Shown here in pieces: positions 34,888-43,007 of a stretch of DNA of 64,000 bases (the stretch's first letter is position 1; the number at the start of each line of letters is the position of its first letter). The stretch lies in NCBI GenBank assembly GCA_003223645.1, contig QHVT01000006.1:340967-404966 (forward strand), in the 5' to 3' direction. This stretch comes from Acidobacteriota bacterium (GTDB taxonomy: Bacteria; Acidobacteriota; Thermoanaerobaculia; Gp7-AA8). Position numbers and translations under genes: made by a program. The notes under the pieces are model-generated. The model was given only the letters and a program-made list of their open reading frames with translations. It was not told the origin of the DNA and did no database searches.

Positions 34888-36052
34888 GCTCGACGATCAT
34901 GGCAATCCCCTGCCCCCCGCCGATGCAGGCTGAAGCGAGACCGTAACGCTTTTGCCGGCGACGCAACTCGTACAAAACAGTGAGCAGGAGCCGCGTGCCG
35001 GACGCGCCGAGCGGATGTCCGAGCGCGATCGCGCCGCCGTTGACGTTCAGCTTTTCCTTGTCGATGTCGAGCTCTTTGGCGACGGCGAGGATCTGTCCGG
35101 CGAACGCTTCGTTGATCTCGATGAGATCGATGTCGTCGAGCTTCATCCCGGCGCGCTTGAGCGCGATCTGCGTCGCGGGCACGGGACCGATGCCCATGAT
35201 CTCCGGATCGCAGCCGGCGATGCCCCACGAGACGATGCGTCCGAGGGGCTGCGCGTTTTTCTCTTTCGCTTTGTCTGCAGTCGTGACGACGAGCATCGCT
35301 GCTCCATCGACGATTCCCGATGCGTTGCCGGCCGTGACGAAGCCGTCTTTCGCGAATGCAGGCTTGAGCTTGGCGAGTCCTTCGATCGTCGTGTCAGGGC
35401 GGAGGTGATCGTCGCTCGTGATCGTCTCGCCTTTGCGTCCGACCGGAACCGGCACGATCTCTTCCTGCAGCCGTCCCGCATTCGCGGCTTCGGTCGCGCA
35501 CTTCTGGCTGCGCAGCGCGTACTCGTCCTGCGCTTCGCGCGAGATGTTGTGCTTGCGCGCGAGATTGTCGGACGTCTGCGCCATGTAGAGGCCGGCGTAG
35601 GTGTCGAGGAGCGCGACCATCAGCGAGTCTTCCATAGACGACTGGCCGAACTTCAATCCTTTGCGCGCGCCGCGAATCACGTGCGGCGCCTGGGTCATGT
35701 TCTCCATGCCGCCGGCGAGCACGCTCGTCGCCTCGCCGAGCTCGATCTGCTCGGCCGCGCTGATGACGGACTGGATGCCGGAGCCGCAGAGCCGATTGAG
35801 GGTGAGCGCGGGAACGTGTTTCGGAACTCCCGCTTTCAATCCGACATGGCGCGCGCCGTAGATCGCGTCGCCGGAAGTCTGCAGCGCATTGCCGACGATG
35901 ACGTGGTCCATGTCCTCAGGAGCGAAGCCGCTGCGCGTGAGCGCTTCCTTCGCGGCGATGACGCCGAGATCGATCGCGCTGATGTCGGAGAAGTGTCCGT
36001 TGTATTCGGCCATCGGCGTGCGTGCGCCGTTGACGATGAGAATGTCTTTCAA
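34880..36052 (-). CDS. Acetyl-CoA C-acetyltransferase (thiolase)
   Basis: TTG start at 36052 preceded by GAAGGAG RBS (9 nt spacing); thiolase motifs NRLCGSGIQ (Cys), GGGQGIAMIVE; longer ORF-track version reads through hairpin repeat and is rejected. Confidence 0.85.
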   Translation of the reverse strand: MKDILIVNGARTPMAEYNGHFSDISAIDLGVIAAKEALTRSGFAPEDMDHVIVGNALQTSGDAIYGARHVGLKAGVPKHVPALTLNRLCGSGIQSVISAAEQIELGEATSVLAGGMENMTQAPHVIRGARKGLKFGQSSMEDSLMVALLDTYAGLYMAQTSDNLARKHNISREAQDEYALRSQKCATEAANAGRLQEEIVPVPVGRKGETITSDDHLRPDTTIEGLAKLKPAFAKDGFVTAGNASGIVDGAAMLVVTTADKAKEKNAQPLGRIVSWGIAGCDPEIMGIGPVPATQIALKRAGMKLDDIDLIEINEAFAGQILAVAKELDIDKEKLNVNGGAIALGHPLGASGTRLLLTVLYELRRRQKRYGLASACIGGGQGIAMIVERV

Positions 36053-36080
36053 GTGATGAAGCTCCTTCGAAAACAGATGA

Positions 36081-36177
36081 CTGCAGAATGCAGAATGCAG
36101 AATGCAGAATTGAGAATTCAGAATTTCGCCTACCCCGATTTCTTCATTCTCGATTCTGCATTCGGCATTCTGCATTC
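36081..36177. repeat. Tandem-heptamer hairpin repeat (GCAGAAT units then reverse complements)
   Basis: CTGCAGAATGCAGAATGCAGAATGCAGAATTGAGAATTCAGAAT ... ATTCTCGATTCTGCATTCGGCATTCTGCATTC. Confidence 0.85.
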
Positions 36178-36890
36178 ATCTTCCAAAGCACCACAATCGC
36201 AACGATCTCGACCGCCGTCATCCAGACGCTCCCTTCCATCCCGAACCGCCCGCCCGTCATCCACCACGCGCCGCCGCCGCGCTCGATGAACACGCTCGCC
36301 TCGCCGGTGAAGCCGCTCACTTCGTCTCCGAGAATCGGTCCGCTCGTCAAATTCCACGCGAGGTGGAGGCCGATCGGAAACCAGAGATGTCCGTAACGCT
36401 CGTAGGCGAGGCCGAGGAGGATGCCGCCGAGGAAGACGTTCGTGAGGGCGAGGAGCGTGACGCCGCGGTTGCCGGCGTGCAGCAGGGCGAAGATCAGCGC
36501 GACGAAGATGTACGCGAACGGACGATTCCCGCGCAGCAGTTTCTGAAATGGATAGCCGCGGAAGAGCATCTCTTCATGCAGCACCGCGGGAATGAAGAGC
36601 GTGATGAGCTCGCGCCACGGAAATCCACGCCCCGGCGCGTGCCGTACCTCAGTCGAGAGTGTGATCAGCAGTGCGCCGCCAACGATGAGAAGAACGCCCC
36701 ACGCGATTCCGATCGCGAATTCGCGCGCGGCAGCGCGCGGCGGGATGAACAAGCCGAGGGGCCACTGTCGGCGATCCCAGATCGTGATGGTCAGCGTGGT
36801 CGCGACGGTGACGGCGATGAGACCCGCGAGCTGAAACGCAAGCCACCGGAACAGGAACAATGTGGCAACATAGAAACAAACGAACAACAA
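36144..36890 (-). CDS. CPBP-family (CAAX protease-like) intramembrane metalloprotease
   Basis: Motifs EEMLFRGYPF, FALLH, HLAWN; start uncertain (TTG at 36890 chosen to avoid overlap with DoxX gene); last about 10 codons (KMNAECRMQNRE) are encoded by the hairpin repeat. Confidence 0.55.
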   Translation of the reverse strand: MLFVCFYVATLFLFRWLAFQLAGLIAVTVATTLTITIWDRRQWPLGLFIPPRAAAREFAIGIAWGVLLIVGGALLITLSTEVRHAPGRGFPWRELITLFIPAVLHEEMLFRGYPFQKLLRGNRPFAYIFVALIFALLHAGNRGVTLLALTNVFLGGILLGLAYERYGHLWFPIGLHLAWNLTSGPILGDEVSGFTGEASVFIERGGGAWWMTGGRFGMEGSVWMTAVEIVAIVVLWKMNAECRMQNRE

Positions 36891-36956
36891 GAGCGGACCG
36901 AGATAGCCATCGAGGGCGATCGCCTTTCGACGGACCGCGCCGAGCCCGGAGGTCGC

Positions 36957-37403
36957 ATGAGGAAGTTCGCCCCTGACATCGCGGCGCTGGTCCTGCGGCT
37001 CGCCGCCGGACTGATCTTCATTCCCCACGGCTGGTCGAAGATCAGCGGCAAGGGCGCCGGCGCGTTCGCCGCCGACATCGCCGCCAACTATCACATCCCC
37101 TCGATCCTCGGGCACCTCGCCGCCTGGTCCGAGTTCCTCGGCGCGGTCCTGCTGATCGTCGGACTTCTCACCCGTCTCGATGCCTTCCTCCTCGCCGCGA
37201 CGATGTTCGTGGCCGCATTCATCGTGCAGCTTCCCGATGCGTTGTACGAGGTTCCCCCCGGATCAATCAAGATCTTCGTTGCGCTGCACGGGATCGAGCT
37301 GCCGCTGGCGCTGTTCGCGATCTGCCTCTCGCTGCTCCTCACGGGCGGCGGGAAGTTCTCGCTCGACGCGATCGTGTTCCGCCGATTCCGGCGCAAGTCG
37401 TGA
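36957..37403 (+). CDS. DoxX family membrane protein
   Basis: 148 aa from MRKFAPDIAALVLRLAAGLIFIPHGWSKI; upstream part of the 346-aa ORF is Glu/Arg-rich and rejected. Confidence 0.7.
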   Translation: MRKFAPDIAALVLRLAAGLIFIPHGWSKISGKGAGAFAADIAANYHIPSILGHLAAWSEFLGAVLLIVGLLTRLDAFLLAATMFVAAFIVQLPDALYEVPPGSIKIFVALHGIELPLALFAICLSLLLTGGGKFSLDAIVFRRFRRKS

Positions 37404-37648
37404 TCCGCATCGTCGCGCGCGTCGTCGCGATCGCGCTCGTCGCGCTGCCTGTTACGTTCGTCGTGACGTTTCTGCTGATGCCGCTCTGGTCGTGGATCGA
37501 GTCGCGATTCCACATCGAGTCGGTCGGGCACTCCGGTCCTGCGAACTGGTGCTTCTTCATCGTGTACGCCACGCTGGTCGTGATCGGACTGGCGCTTCAA
37601 TATCGAAGAATGCGCTCCAGCGGCCCTCTATACAAATCGTCATCCTGA
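37400..37648 (+). CDS. Small membrane protein (two TM)
   Basis: GTG start overlapping DoxX stop (GTGA); C-terminal codons lie in MITE-like element so 3' end may be disrupted. Confidence 0.4.
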   Translation: MIRIVARVVAIALVALPVTFVVTFLLMPLWSWIESRFHIESVGHSGPANWCFFIVYATLVVIGLALQYRRMRSSGPLYKSSS

Positions 37649-37732
37649 GTCGGCGAAGCGCAACGAAGGATCTCGAAATGCGAAGAGCCTGCAATTTAGA
37701 GATCCTTCGCCGTCTACGCGGCTCAGGATGAC
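37639..37732. repeat. MITE-like nested palindrome with terminal inverted repeats GTCATCCTGAG...CTCAGGATGAC
   Basis: GTCATCCTGAGTCGGCGAAGCGCAACGAAGGATCTCGAAATGCGAAGAGCCTGCAATTTAGAGATCCTTCGCCGTCTACGCGGCTCAGGATGAC; inner IR CGAAGGATCTC/GAGATCCTTCG; degenerate relative at 8120-8335. Confidence 0.75.
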
Positions 37733-37797
37733 GAGCAACACAACGCTCAGAGCGGTCCTGGTTGCTTTGGACCTTGGTAACTTGTTACCATGGTCCC

Positions 37798-38055
37798 ATG
37801 GCAACAAAAACAATCGAGCGCCAGCAGATCGGCGTCCGCATCGAAAAGCGGCTCATGAAGGTGCTCAAGGGACTGGCCGAGTATCACGACATCTCTCTGG
37901 GTGACCTTCTCGAAGGAATCGTGTTGCACACCTTCGAAGGGAAGGCGCCGTTCGGGAAGGAATCGATCCGCAAGATCGGAGAGCTGAAGAAGGTCTACGG
38001 ACTCGATCTCACCAGCGCGGACGCGCACAAGCTCGTGGAGAAGAAGCAGCGATGA
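37798..38055 (+). CDS. Small DNA-binding-like protein (RHH/Arc-like, antitoxin-like), first gene of two-gene module
   Basis: 85 aa from MATKTIERQQIGVRIEKRLMKVLKGLAEYHDISLGDLLEGIV; stop overlaps next start (ATGA). Confidence 0.45.
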   Translation: MATKTIERQQIGVRIEKRLMKVLKGLAEYHDISLGDLLEGIVLHTFEGKAPFGKESIRKIGELKKVYGLDLTSADAHKLVEKKQR

Positions 38056-38450
38056 ATGAGCTCGTCACGCGTTTCGAGGACCTCACCCTCCCCGCCTCCG
38101 AGTTCCATCACCCGCAGCACGTGCAGGTGGCGTGGGAGTATCTGCGCGAGGAGGCGTCGCCGGCGGACGCGCTGCGCCGCTTCGTCGACAACCTTCGCCG
38201 CTTCGCGTCGCACAACGGATCGCCGCAGCTCTATCACGAGACCATCACCTGGGCGTACCTCGTGCTGATCCGCGAGCGGATGGCGCTCGCGTCGCACGAT
38301 GATTGGGCGTCGTTCGCGCGCGACAACGCGGATCTGCTGACGTGGAAGCCGTCGATTCTGGAGCGGTACTACACGAGCGAGGTGCTGTATTCGGATCTGG
38401 CGCGGCGGGTGTTCGTGTTGCCGGATCTTTCCAATTTATCCCGCGCGTAG
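38052..38450 (+). CDS. Hypothetical protein, second gene of module
   Basis: 132 aa; last 5 codons and TAG stop lie in the TTTATCCCGCGCG hairpin element. Confidence 0.45.
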   Translation: MNELVTRFEDLTLPASEFHHPQHVQVAWEYLREEASPADALRRFVDNLRRFASHNGSPQLYHETITWAYLVLIRERMALASHDDWASFARDNADLLTWKPSILERYYTSEVLYSDLARRVFVLPDLSNLSRA

Positions 38451-38462
38451 ACGCGGGATCTC
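38435..38462. repeat. Hairpin element TTTATCCCGCGCGTAGACGCGGGATCT (single copy of a family also at 42898 and 60141)
   Basis: Perfect stem ATCCCGCGCG/CGCGGGAT with 4-nt loop. Confidence 0.7.
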
Positions 38463-38604
38463 CGGCTGTCCCGCGCTGAATGAAACCGACGCGCGGCGAC
38501 TTGTGGAGCGGCGCCCGCCCTCGGGCGCCGACTCTCGCGAGAATCCGGCGGCCGAGGGCGGCCGCCGCTCCACAGGAACGTTGCGAGTGGCATCGTTCGC
38601 GGCC

Positions 38605-38640
38605 GGACAAAAACAAAACGGCGGGCTGAAAGCCCGCCGC
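38605..38640 (-). terminator. Rho-independent terminator for the exbD-containing operon
   Basis: On minus strand GGCGGGCTTTCAGCCCGCC hairpin followed by GTTTTGTTTTTGT, 25 nt downstream of exbD stop. Confidence 0.7.
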
Positions 38641-38663
38641 TCACTTTCAAACTGAAATATGCG

Positions 38664-39092
38664 CTATTGCGGAATCGTCGCTGAGGCCGTCGGGTCCTCG
38701 ACGATGATACCGATGTTCTTCGCGCCGGATTGACGGGCGAGGTCGAGGAACTTCAACGTGCTGTCGTAGTCGACGTCGCGCGCGCCGGAGAAAAACACCA
38801 TCTTGGCCGGGTTCCCGCGCATGATCTCGCGGATCCGGTTCGGGAACTGGTCGATGCCCATCTCTTCCTTGTTGATCAGAACGCGGTTGTTTTGGCCGAG
38901 CCGGAGAACGATCTGGTCCTGCACCGCGGACGGAGGGAGGTTCGCGGGTGCTTTGGGCGGGACCTTGACCAGATAGCCCATCTGCACGACCGGCGTGAGA
39001 ACCATGAAGATGATCAGAAGCACGAGCACAACGTCCACGAGAGGCGTGACGTTGATGTCCGACTTTACGTTACCGCTGCCGCCGACTTGCAT
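38664..39092 (-). CDS. exbD: ExbD/TolR biopolymer transport protein
   Basis: INVTPLVDVVLVLLIIFMV N-terminal TM motif. Confidence 0.85.
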   Translation of the reverse strand: MQVGGSGNVKSDINVTPLVDVVLVLLIIFMVLTPVVQMGYLVKVPPKAPANLPPSAVQDQIVLRLGQNNRVLINKEEMGIDQFPNRIREIMRGNPAKMVFFSGARDVDYDSTLKFLDLARQSGAKNIGIIVEDPTASATIPQ

Positions 39093-39093
39093 G

Positions 39094-39546
39094 TTAAGTA
39101 GCTCCTCCGGCAGAAACGGAGTCCTTCGGTTGCGCGATCAGACCGACGTCATTGAAACCGACCTCGCGGCAGGCCTTCAACACGTCGAGCACGTCGCCGT
39201 ACTTCACCAGCTTGTCGCCCTTCACCGCGATCTCGCGATCGGGCGTATGCTGATAAATCTCCTTGAGCGACGACTCCACTTCGTCCTTCCGGATGACGTT
39301 CGGTCCCAGATAGACCGAGCCGTCCGCCTTCACGGAAATCTGCAGCTGCTTTTCCGTATCCGGAGTCTTCTCCGGTTGCGTAGTGACCGGAAGATTCACG
39401 GCTACACCCTTTTGCAGCATGGGAGTGACGACCATGAAGATGATCAGCAGCACCAGACAGACGTCGACCAGCGGCGTGACGTTGATGTCGGCGTTCAGAT
39501 TGGTCTTCTGAAACTTGCCGACCGAGCTATGCCACCGATTTTTCAT
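39094..39546 (-). CDS. exbD: ExbD/TolR biopolymer transport protein (second copy)
   Basis: INVTPLVDVCLVLLIIFMV motif. Confidence 0.85.
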   Translation of the reverse strand: MKNRWHSSVGKFQKTNLNADINVTPLVDVCLVLLIIFMVVTPMLQKGVAVNLPVTTQPEKTPDTEKQLQISVKADGSVYLGPNVIRKDEVESSLKEIYQHTPDREIAVKGDKLVKYGDVLDVLKACREVGFNDVGLIAQPKDSVSAGGAT

Positions 39547-40216
39547 TTCCGCCAGTTTCCTTCAGGAAGTAGATCGCCATCTCCGAGCCGGAATTCGACA
39601 TCTCGACGGTGAAGCGATCGATGCGGTTCTGGAAGTAGTTGTAGGCCCACACCGCGGGAATGGCAACGCCGAGTCCGAACGCGGTAGTGATGAGGGCCTC
39701 GGCGATACCGGCCGAAACCGACGCGATACCACCGCCCGAGGTGGCCATCTTCTCGAAGGCGTGGATGATGCCGATGACGGTGCCGAGCAGGCCGACGAAC
39801 GGCGCGGTCGCGCCGATGGTGGCGAGCACGCCGAGGTTCTCTTTCAGCTCGGCGACGGTGATCATGGCGGTGCGGTCCATGCCCTGGCGCGCGGCTTCCA
39901 CGGCGACTTCCGTGTCGGCGGTGCGCTTGTCGCGGCGCGAGGCCTCGAACTCCAGCAGGCCGGCGGCGATGACCTTGGCCAGGTGCGAGTTCTTGTACTT
40001 CTTGGTCACCTCGATGGCCTGACCGTACTCGCTGCGAGTGAGCAGGTTCGTGAGCGCGCCGAGCAGCTTGAGCGACTGGGTCTTCGCTTTCTGGAAGACG
40101 ATGAAGCGCTCGATCATGACCCACAGGGAGTAGATCGACATGATAGCCATGATGATGACGATGCCCTTGGCGATGGGCGACATCGAAACCCAGAGCGAGC
40201 TGAGACTCATATCCAT
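39527..40216 (-). CDS. exbB: MotA/TolQ/ExbB proton channel
   Basis: Three TM; LGVLATIGATAPFVGLLGTVIGIIHAF signature. Confidence 0.85.
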   Translation of the reverse strand: MDMSLSSLWVSMSPIAKGIVIIMAIMSIYSLWVMIERFIVFQKAKTQSLKLLGALTNLLTRSEYGQAIEVTKKYKNSHLAKVIAAGLLEFEASRRDKRTADTEVAVEAARQGMDRTAMITVAELKENLGVLATIGATAPFVGLLGTVIGIIHAFEKMATSGGGIASVSAGIAEALITTAFGLGVAIPAVWAYNYFQNRIDRFTVEMSNSGSEMAIYFLKETGGNEKSVA

Positions 40217-40273
40217 AAAGCAGTTCCCTCCGTTACGCGTCCGGCACCTCGACGAGGTGCCGGATCGAAATTT

Positions 40274-41017
40274 TTAGTTCAGTTTGAAGTTGACGGTGAG
40301 GTTGAAGATGACGTCGACCGGCTGTCCGTTGAGCGTGCCCGGTTTGAATTTCCACTTCTCCACGGCTTCGGCCGCGGCCTGATCGAGACCGAACGGCAGC
40401 GGCTTGAGTACTTTCACGTCGCGCACGTTGCCGTTCTTGTCGATGACACACTCGACGATCACGATGCCGGAGATGCGCGCCTTGCGCGCGACTTCCGGAT
40501 AGTGCGGCTCGACGCGGTTGATGACGACCGGCGCCTTGACGTCGCCGCCGACGCGCAACGGTGCGGTCTGCACCGGTGGCGGCGCGGTATCGGTCACGAT
40601 GCCGCCGACGACTCCGCCGACCACACCACCGACGACGCCGCCTTCGACGCCGCCTTCGACACCACCTTCAACACCTGCTTCGGTCGATGCCGTCTCGACC
40701 GGCTTCACTGCATCAGGGACGACTGTGGGTGCGAGGTTCTGGAGATCTCTCGGGATTTCGACCGGCTTCACTTCGACCGGCTTCACCGACGCAGCTTTGG
40801 GCGGCGGCGGTGGAGGAGGCGGAGGCGGAGGCGCGGCCGCGACGGAGTACTGCGCGACCTGCGCGGGAGAGTTCGTCGGGAACTCGACGTTCCAGACCGC
40901 GCCGAAAATCAATCCGGCGACGACGACGACGTGCAGCCCCAGCGACACCGGAAGAGTCAGATACTTTTGAATTCCGACTTTCTGTTTTTTCGATTCGACG
41001 ACTGTAGATTCGAACAT
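40274..41017 (-). CDS. tonB: TonB family energy transducer
   Basis: N-terminal TM, proline-rich spacer (PPPPPPPPPPPP), C-terminal TonB domain (PHYPEVARKARISGIVIVECVIDKNGNV). Confidence 0.8.
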   Translation of the reverse strand: MFESTVVESKKQKVGIQKYLTLPVSLGLHVVVVAGLIFGAVWNVEFPTNSPAQVAQYSVAAAPPPPPPPPPPPKAASVKPVEVKPVEIPRDLQNLAPTVVPDAVKPVETASTEAGVEGGVEGGVEGGVVGGVVGGVVGGIVTDTAPPPVQTAPLRVGGDVKAPVVINRVEPHYPEVARKARISGIVIVECVIDKNGNVRDVKVLKPLPFGLDQAAAEAVEKWKFKPGTLNGQPVDVIFNLTVNFKLN

Positions 41018-41038
41018 GTTCGTCTCTCGCTTGGGTAC

Positions 41039-41869
41039 TTAACCCTGTTTGCCTGCGGCCGCGGTGGCCTCGGCTTTCTTCTTGCGGACGATCGCGATGG
41101 CCTCGTCGCGAATGCGGTTCGCTTCGGCGACGAGCTGCTGCTGTTTCACCGGATCGGTCTCGAGCGGAGCCTGCTGACGGAACAGCAGACTGTAATAGAC
41201 CATCGCCTCGAAGTAGTCCGCCTTGAGTTGAATCGCGCGTTGCAGCGCGACCTTGCCTTTTTCGATGATGGCCAGCCGCTCGCCGATGTCGGCGGGCGGA
41301 TTCTTGGCGACTTTCTCGTAGCAAACGACGCCGTAGGTGTAGAACGCCTCGGGATTCTTGGCGTCGAGCATCGTGATCTTCGCGTACCAGTTCAGCGACT
41401 GGTTGAAGTCACCCTGCTTCGCATAGAGCGTCGCGACCGAGCGCACGGCTTCGAGATCGTTGGGGTGGGTCTTGATCCACTCCTGGAAGTAACCGATCGC
41501 ATCGGTGATGCGGTCGGCGTTGAGATAGAGATTGATGAGCGCCTCGCGCGCGATGCGATCCTCGGGTTGTTTCGCGAGGTACTGCCGCAGTTTGACGACC
41601 GCCGCGTCGGCGTTCTTCACGTTCGCCGCCGACTTGTCTTCCGGAACGTACAAACCGATCAGGGAGTAGCCGATCATGCGATCGAGCTCGGGGAAGCTGT
41701 TGTCCAGCTCTTCCGCCTTGCGGTAGTGCTGGAGAGCCGTCGCCCATTCTTCGCGCGTGTACGCGTCGTTGGCGTCGCGGATCTCCATCCGGGCTTGGAC
41801 CTTCCGGCATCCGCCCAGAGTTAATAGGGAAAGAGAAAGTGCCATCAAAAGGCACAGCTTCTTTTTCAT
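41039..41869 (-). CDS. TPR-repeat lipoprotein (first gene of the TonB-ExbB-ExbD operon)
   Basis: Lipoprotein signal LLTLGGC; TPR-like repeats. Confidence 0.7.
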   Translation of the reverse strand: MKKKLCLLMALSLSLLTLGGCRKVQARMEIRDANDAYTREEWATALQHYRKAEELDNSFPELDRMIGYSLIGLYVPEDKSAANVKNADAAVVKLRQYLAKQPEDRIAREALINLYLNADRITDAIGYFQEWIKTHPNDLEAVRSVATLYAKQGDFNQSLNWYAKITMLDAKNPEAFYTYGVVCYEKVAKNPPADIGERLAIIEKGKVALQRAIQLKADYFEAMVYYSLLFRQQAPLETDPVKQQQLVAEANRIRDEAIAIVRKKKAEATAAAGKQG

Positions 41870-42173
41870 TTGATTCCGAACTCCCTGATAGGTGATCGCA
41901 GACTTCTGCAGGGGGCGCTGTCAGGCTGCTTCCCGGCCTGCGCCAGGCAATGGTGAGCGAATATACAGATCGACCTGTTCACCGTCAACCCAATTGGTAA
42001 TACCTGAAACCGAAAGTTTTAGCCAAGAAACGTCACTCCCAAAAACACATTTTTTATGGCGGCCTGACCGTGCGCACAACGTCCCCCTCGAACGTTCGAC
42101 ACACGGTCATCGAGAAAGGAAACCATGCGTGATACGGACCAGACTGTGCGACCGGATTCAGGCGACGGCGTCA

Positions 42174-42875
42174 TCAGTAACTCGGCTTGTGCTCCATCGT
42201 CAGCTCGCTGATCGCGGACCACAACTCCGGGAACTGCGGCTCGCGCGTGCCCGCGTCGAGCTGCGCGGCAGGAACGCCTTTCAACGAAAGGACCCTGTCG
42301 CCGATGATCCGGAACGCGAGGCGCATGTGCGAGAAGCGCCATTTGATGAAGGACTCGTCGTAGTCCATCATCGCCTGCAGCAACCGGAACGCCGCGTAGT
42401 GTTTGCGCGGCTCGCGCTCGATCTCGATCACGCTGATCGATCTGCGCGCGATCGCCTCGCGAAAGCGCGGCCAGATCCGCTTGCCGACATCGAGCAGGCG
42501 ATTGAATCCCGGCGACTCCTGACCGCTTCCGCGTCCCAGGGATGTCGTGCGGATCTGGTGATAGTCGACCGGCGCCATCGTCTCGAGGATGAGGATCTGT
42601 TCGCGAAGCAGATCGACGATCAACCGGCAGCGGTTCAACAGATCGGCGGCGAGCTCGATCTCATCCGCATCGATCGCCGCCGCCGCGCGATTCACTTCGT
42701 AGTCGATGTGATGCAGCCAGAGCTCCGCGGTTTGATGCGTGACCTGGAAGAGGCGCTCTTCCGGATTCGACAGTTTGTCGATCGGTTTCTGCAGGTCGAG
42801 CAGCTCGGGGACGCGGACGTATCGCTCGTAGTCGGAGTCGCCGCGGCCTTCTAAAATCGGACCGGTGTGGGACAT
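42174..42875 (-). CDS. kynA: Tryptophan 2,3-dioxygenase
   Basis: 233 aa; YERYVRVPELLDLQ, QTAELWLH, RIWPRFREA motifs typical of bacterial TDO. Confidence 0.75.
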   Translation of the reverse strand: MSHTGPILEGRGDSDYERYVRVPELLDLQKPIDKLSNPEERLFQVTHQTAELWLHHIDYEVNRAAAAIDADEIELAADLLNRCRLIVDLLREQILILETMAPVDYHQIRTTSLGRGSGQESPGFNRLLDVGKRIWPRFREAIARRSISVIEIEREPRKHYAAFRLLQAMMDYDESFIKWRFSHMRLAFRIIGDRVLSLKGVPAAQLDAGTREPQFPELWSAISELTMEHKPSY

Positions 42876-42897
42876 GCGGCGCGGATCATACCCTCAG

Positions 42898-43005
42898 TTT
42901 ATCCCGCGCGAAGACGCGGGATCTTCGGTGGCACCGCGCGGCTCGCTTTGTTCGGATTGATCGTACCGGTATGACGAGAGATCCCGCATCTGCGCGCGGG
43001 ATAAA
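42898..43005. repeat. Paired inverted copies of the TTTATCCCGCGCG hairpin element flanking a 50-nt spacer
   Basis: TTTATCCCGCGCGAAGACGCGGGATCTT ... GAGATCCCGCATCTGCGCGCGGGATAAACT. Confidence 0.75.
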
Positions 43006-43007
43006 CT

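Noticed and set aside
34880-36175. ORF-track version of the thiolase starting at 36175 (MQNAECRIENEEIG...)
   Set aside because: The first 40 codons are the translated hairpin repeat. A TTG start at 36052 with a GAAGGAG RBS gives a normal thiolase N-terminus (KDILIVNGARTP).
36081-36177. Possibility that the tandem heptamer arrays are CRISPR arrays
   Set aside because: Units are only 7 nt with no intervening unique spacers. The second half of each array is the reverse complement of the first, giving hairpins rather than repeat-spacer structures. No cas genes are present.
36363-36956. Upstream 198 aa of the 346-aa plus-strand ORF ending in the DoxX domain
   Set aside because: This part is Glu/Arg/Asp-rich low-complexity and antisense to the CPBP protease gene. 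The DoxX protein has its own convincing start at 36957.
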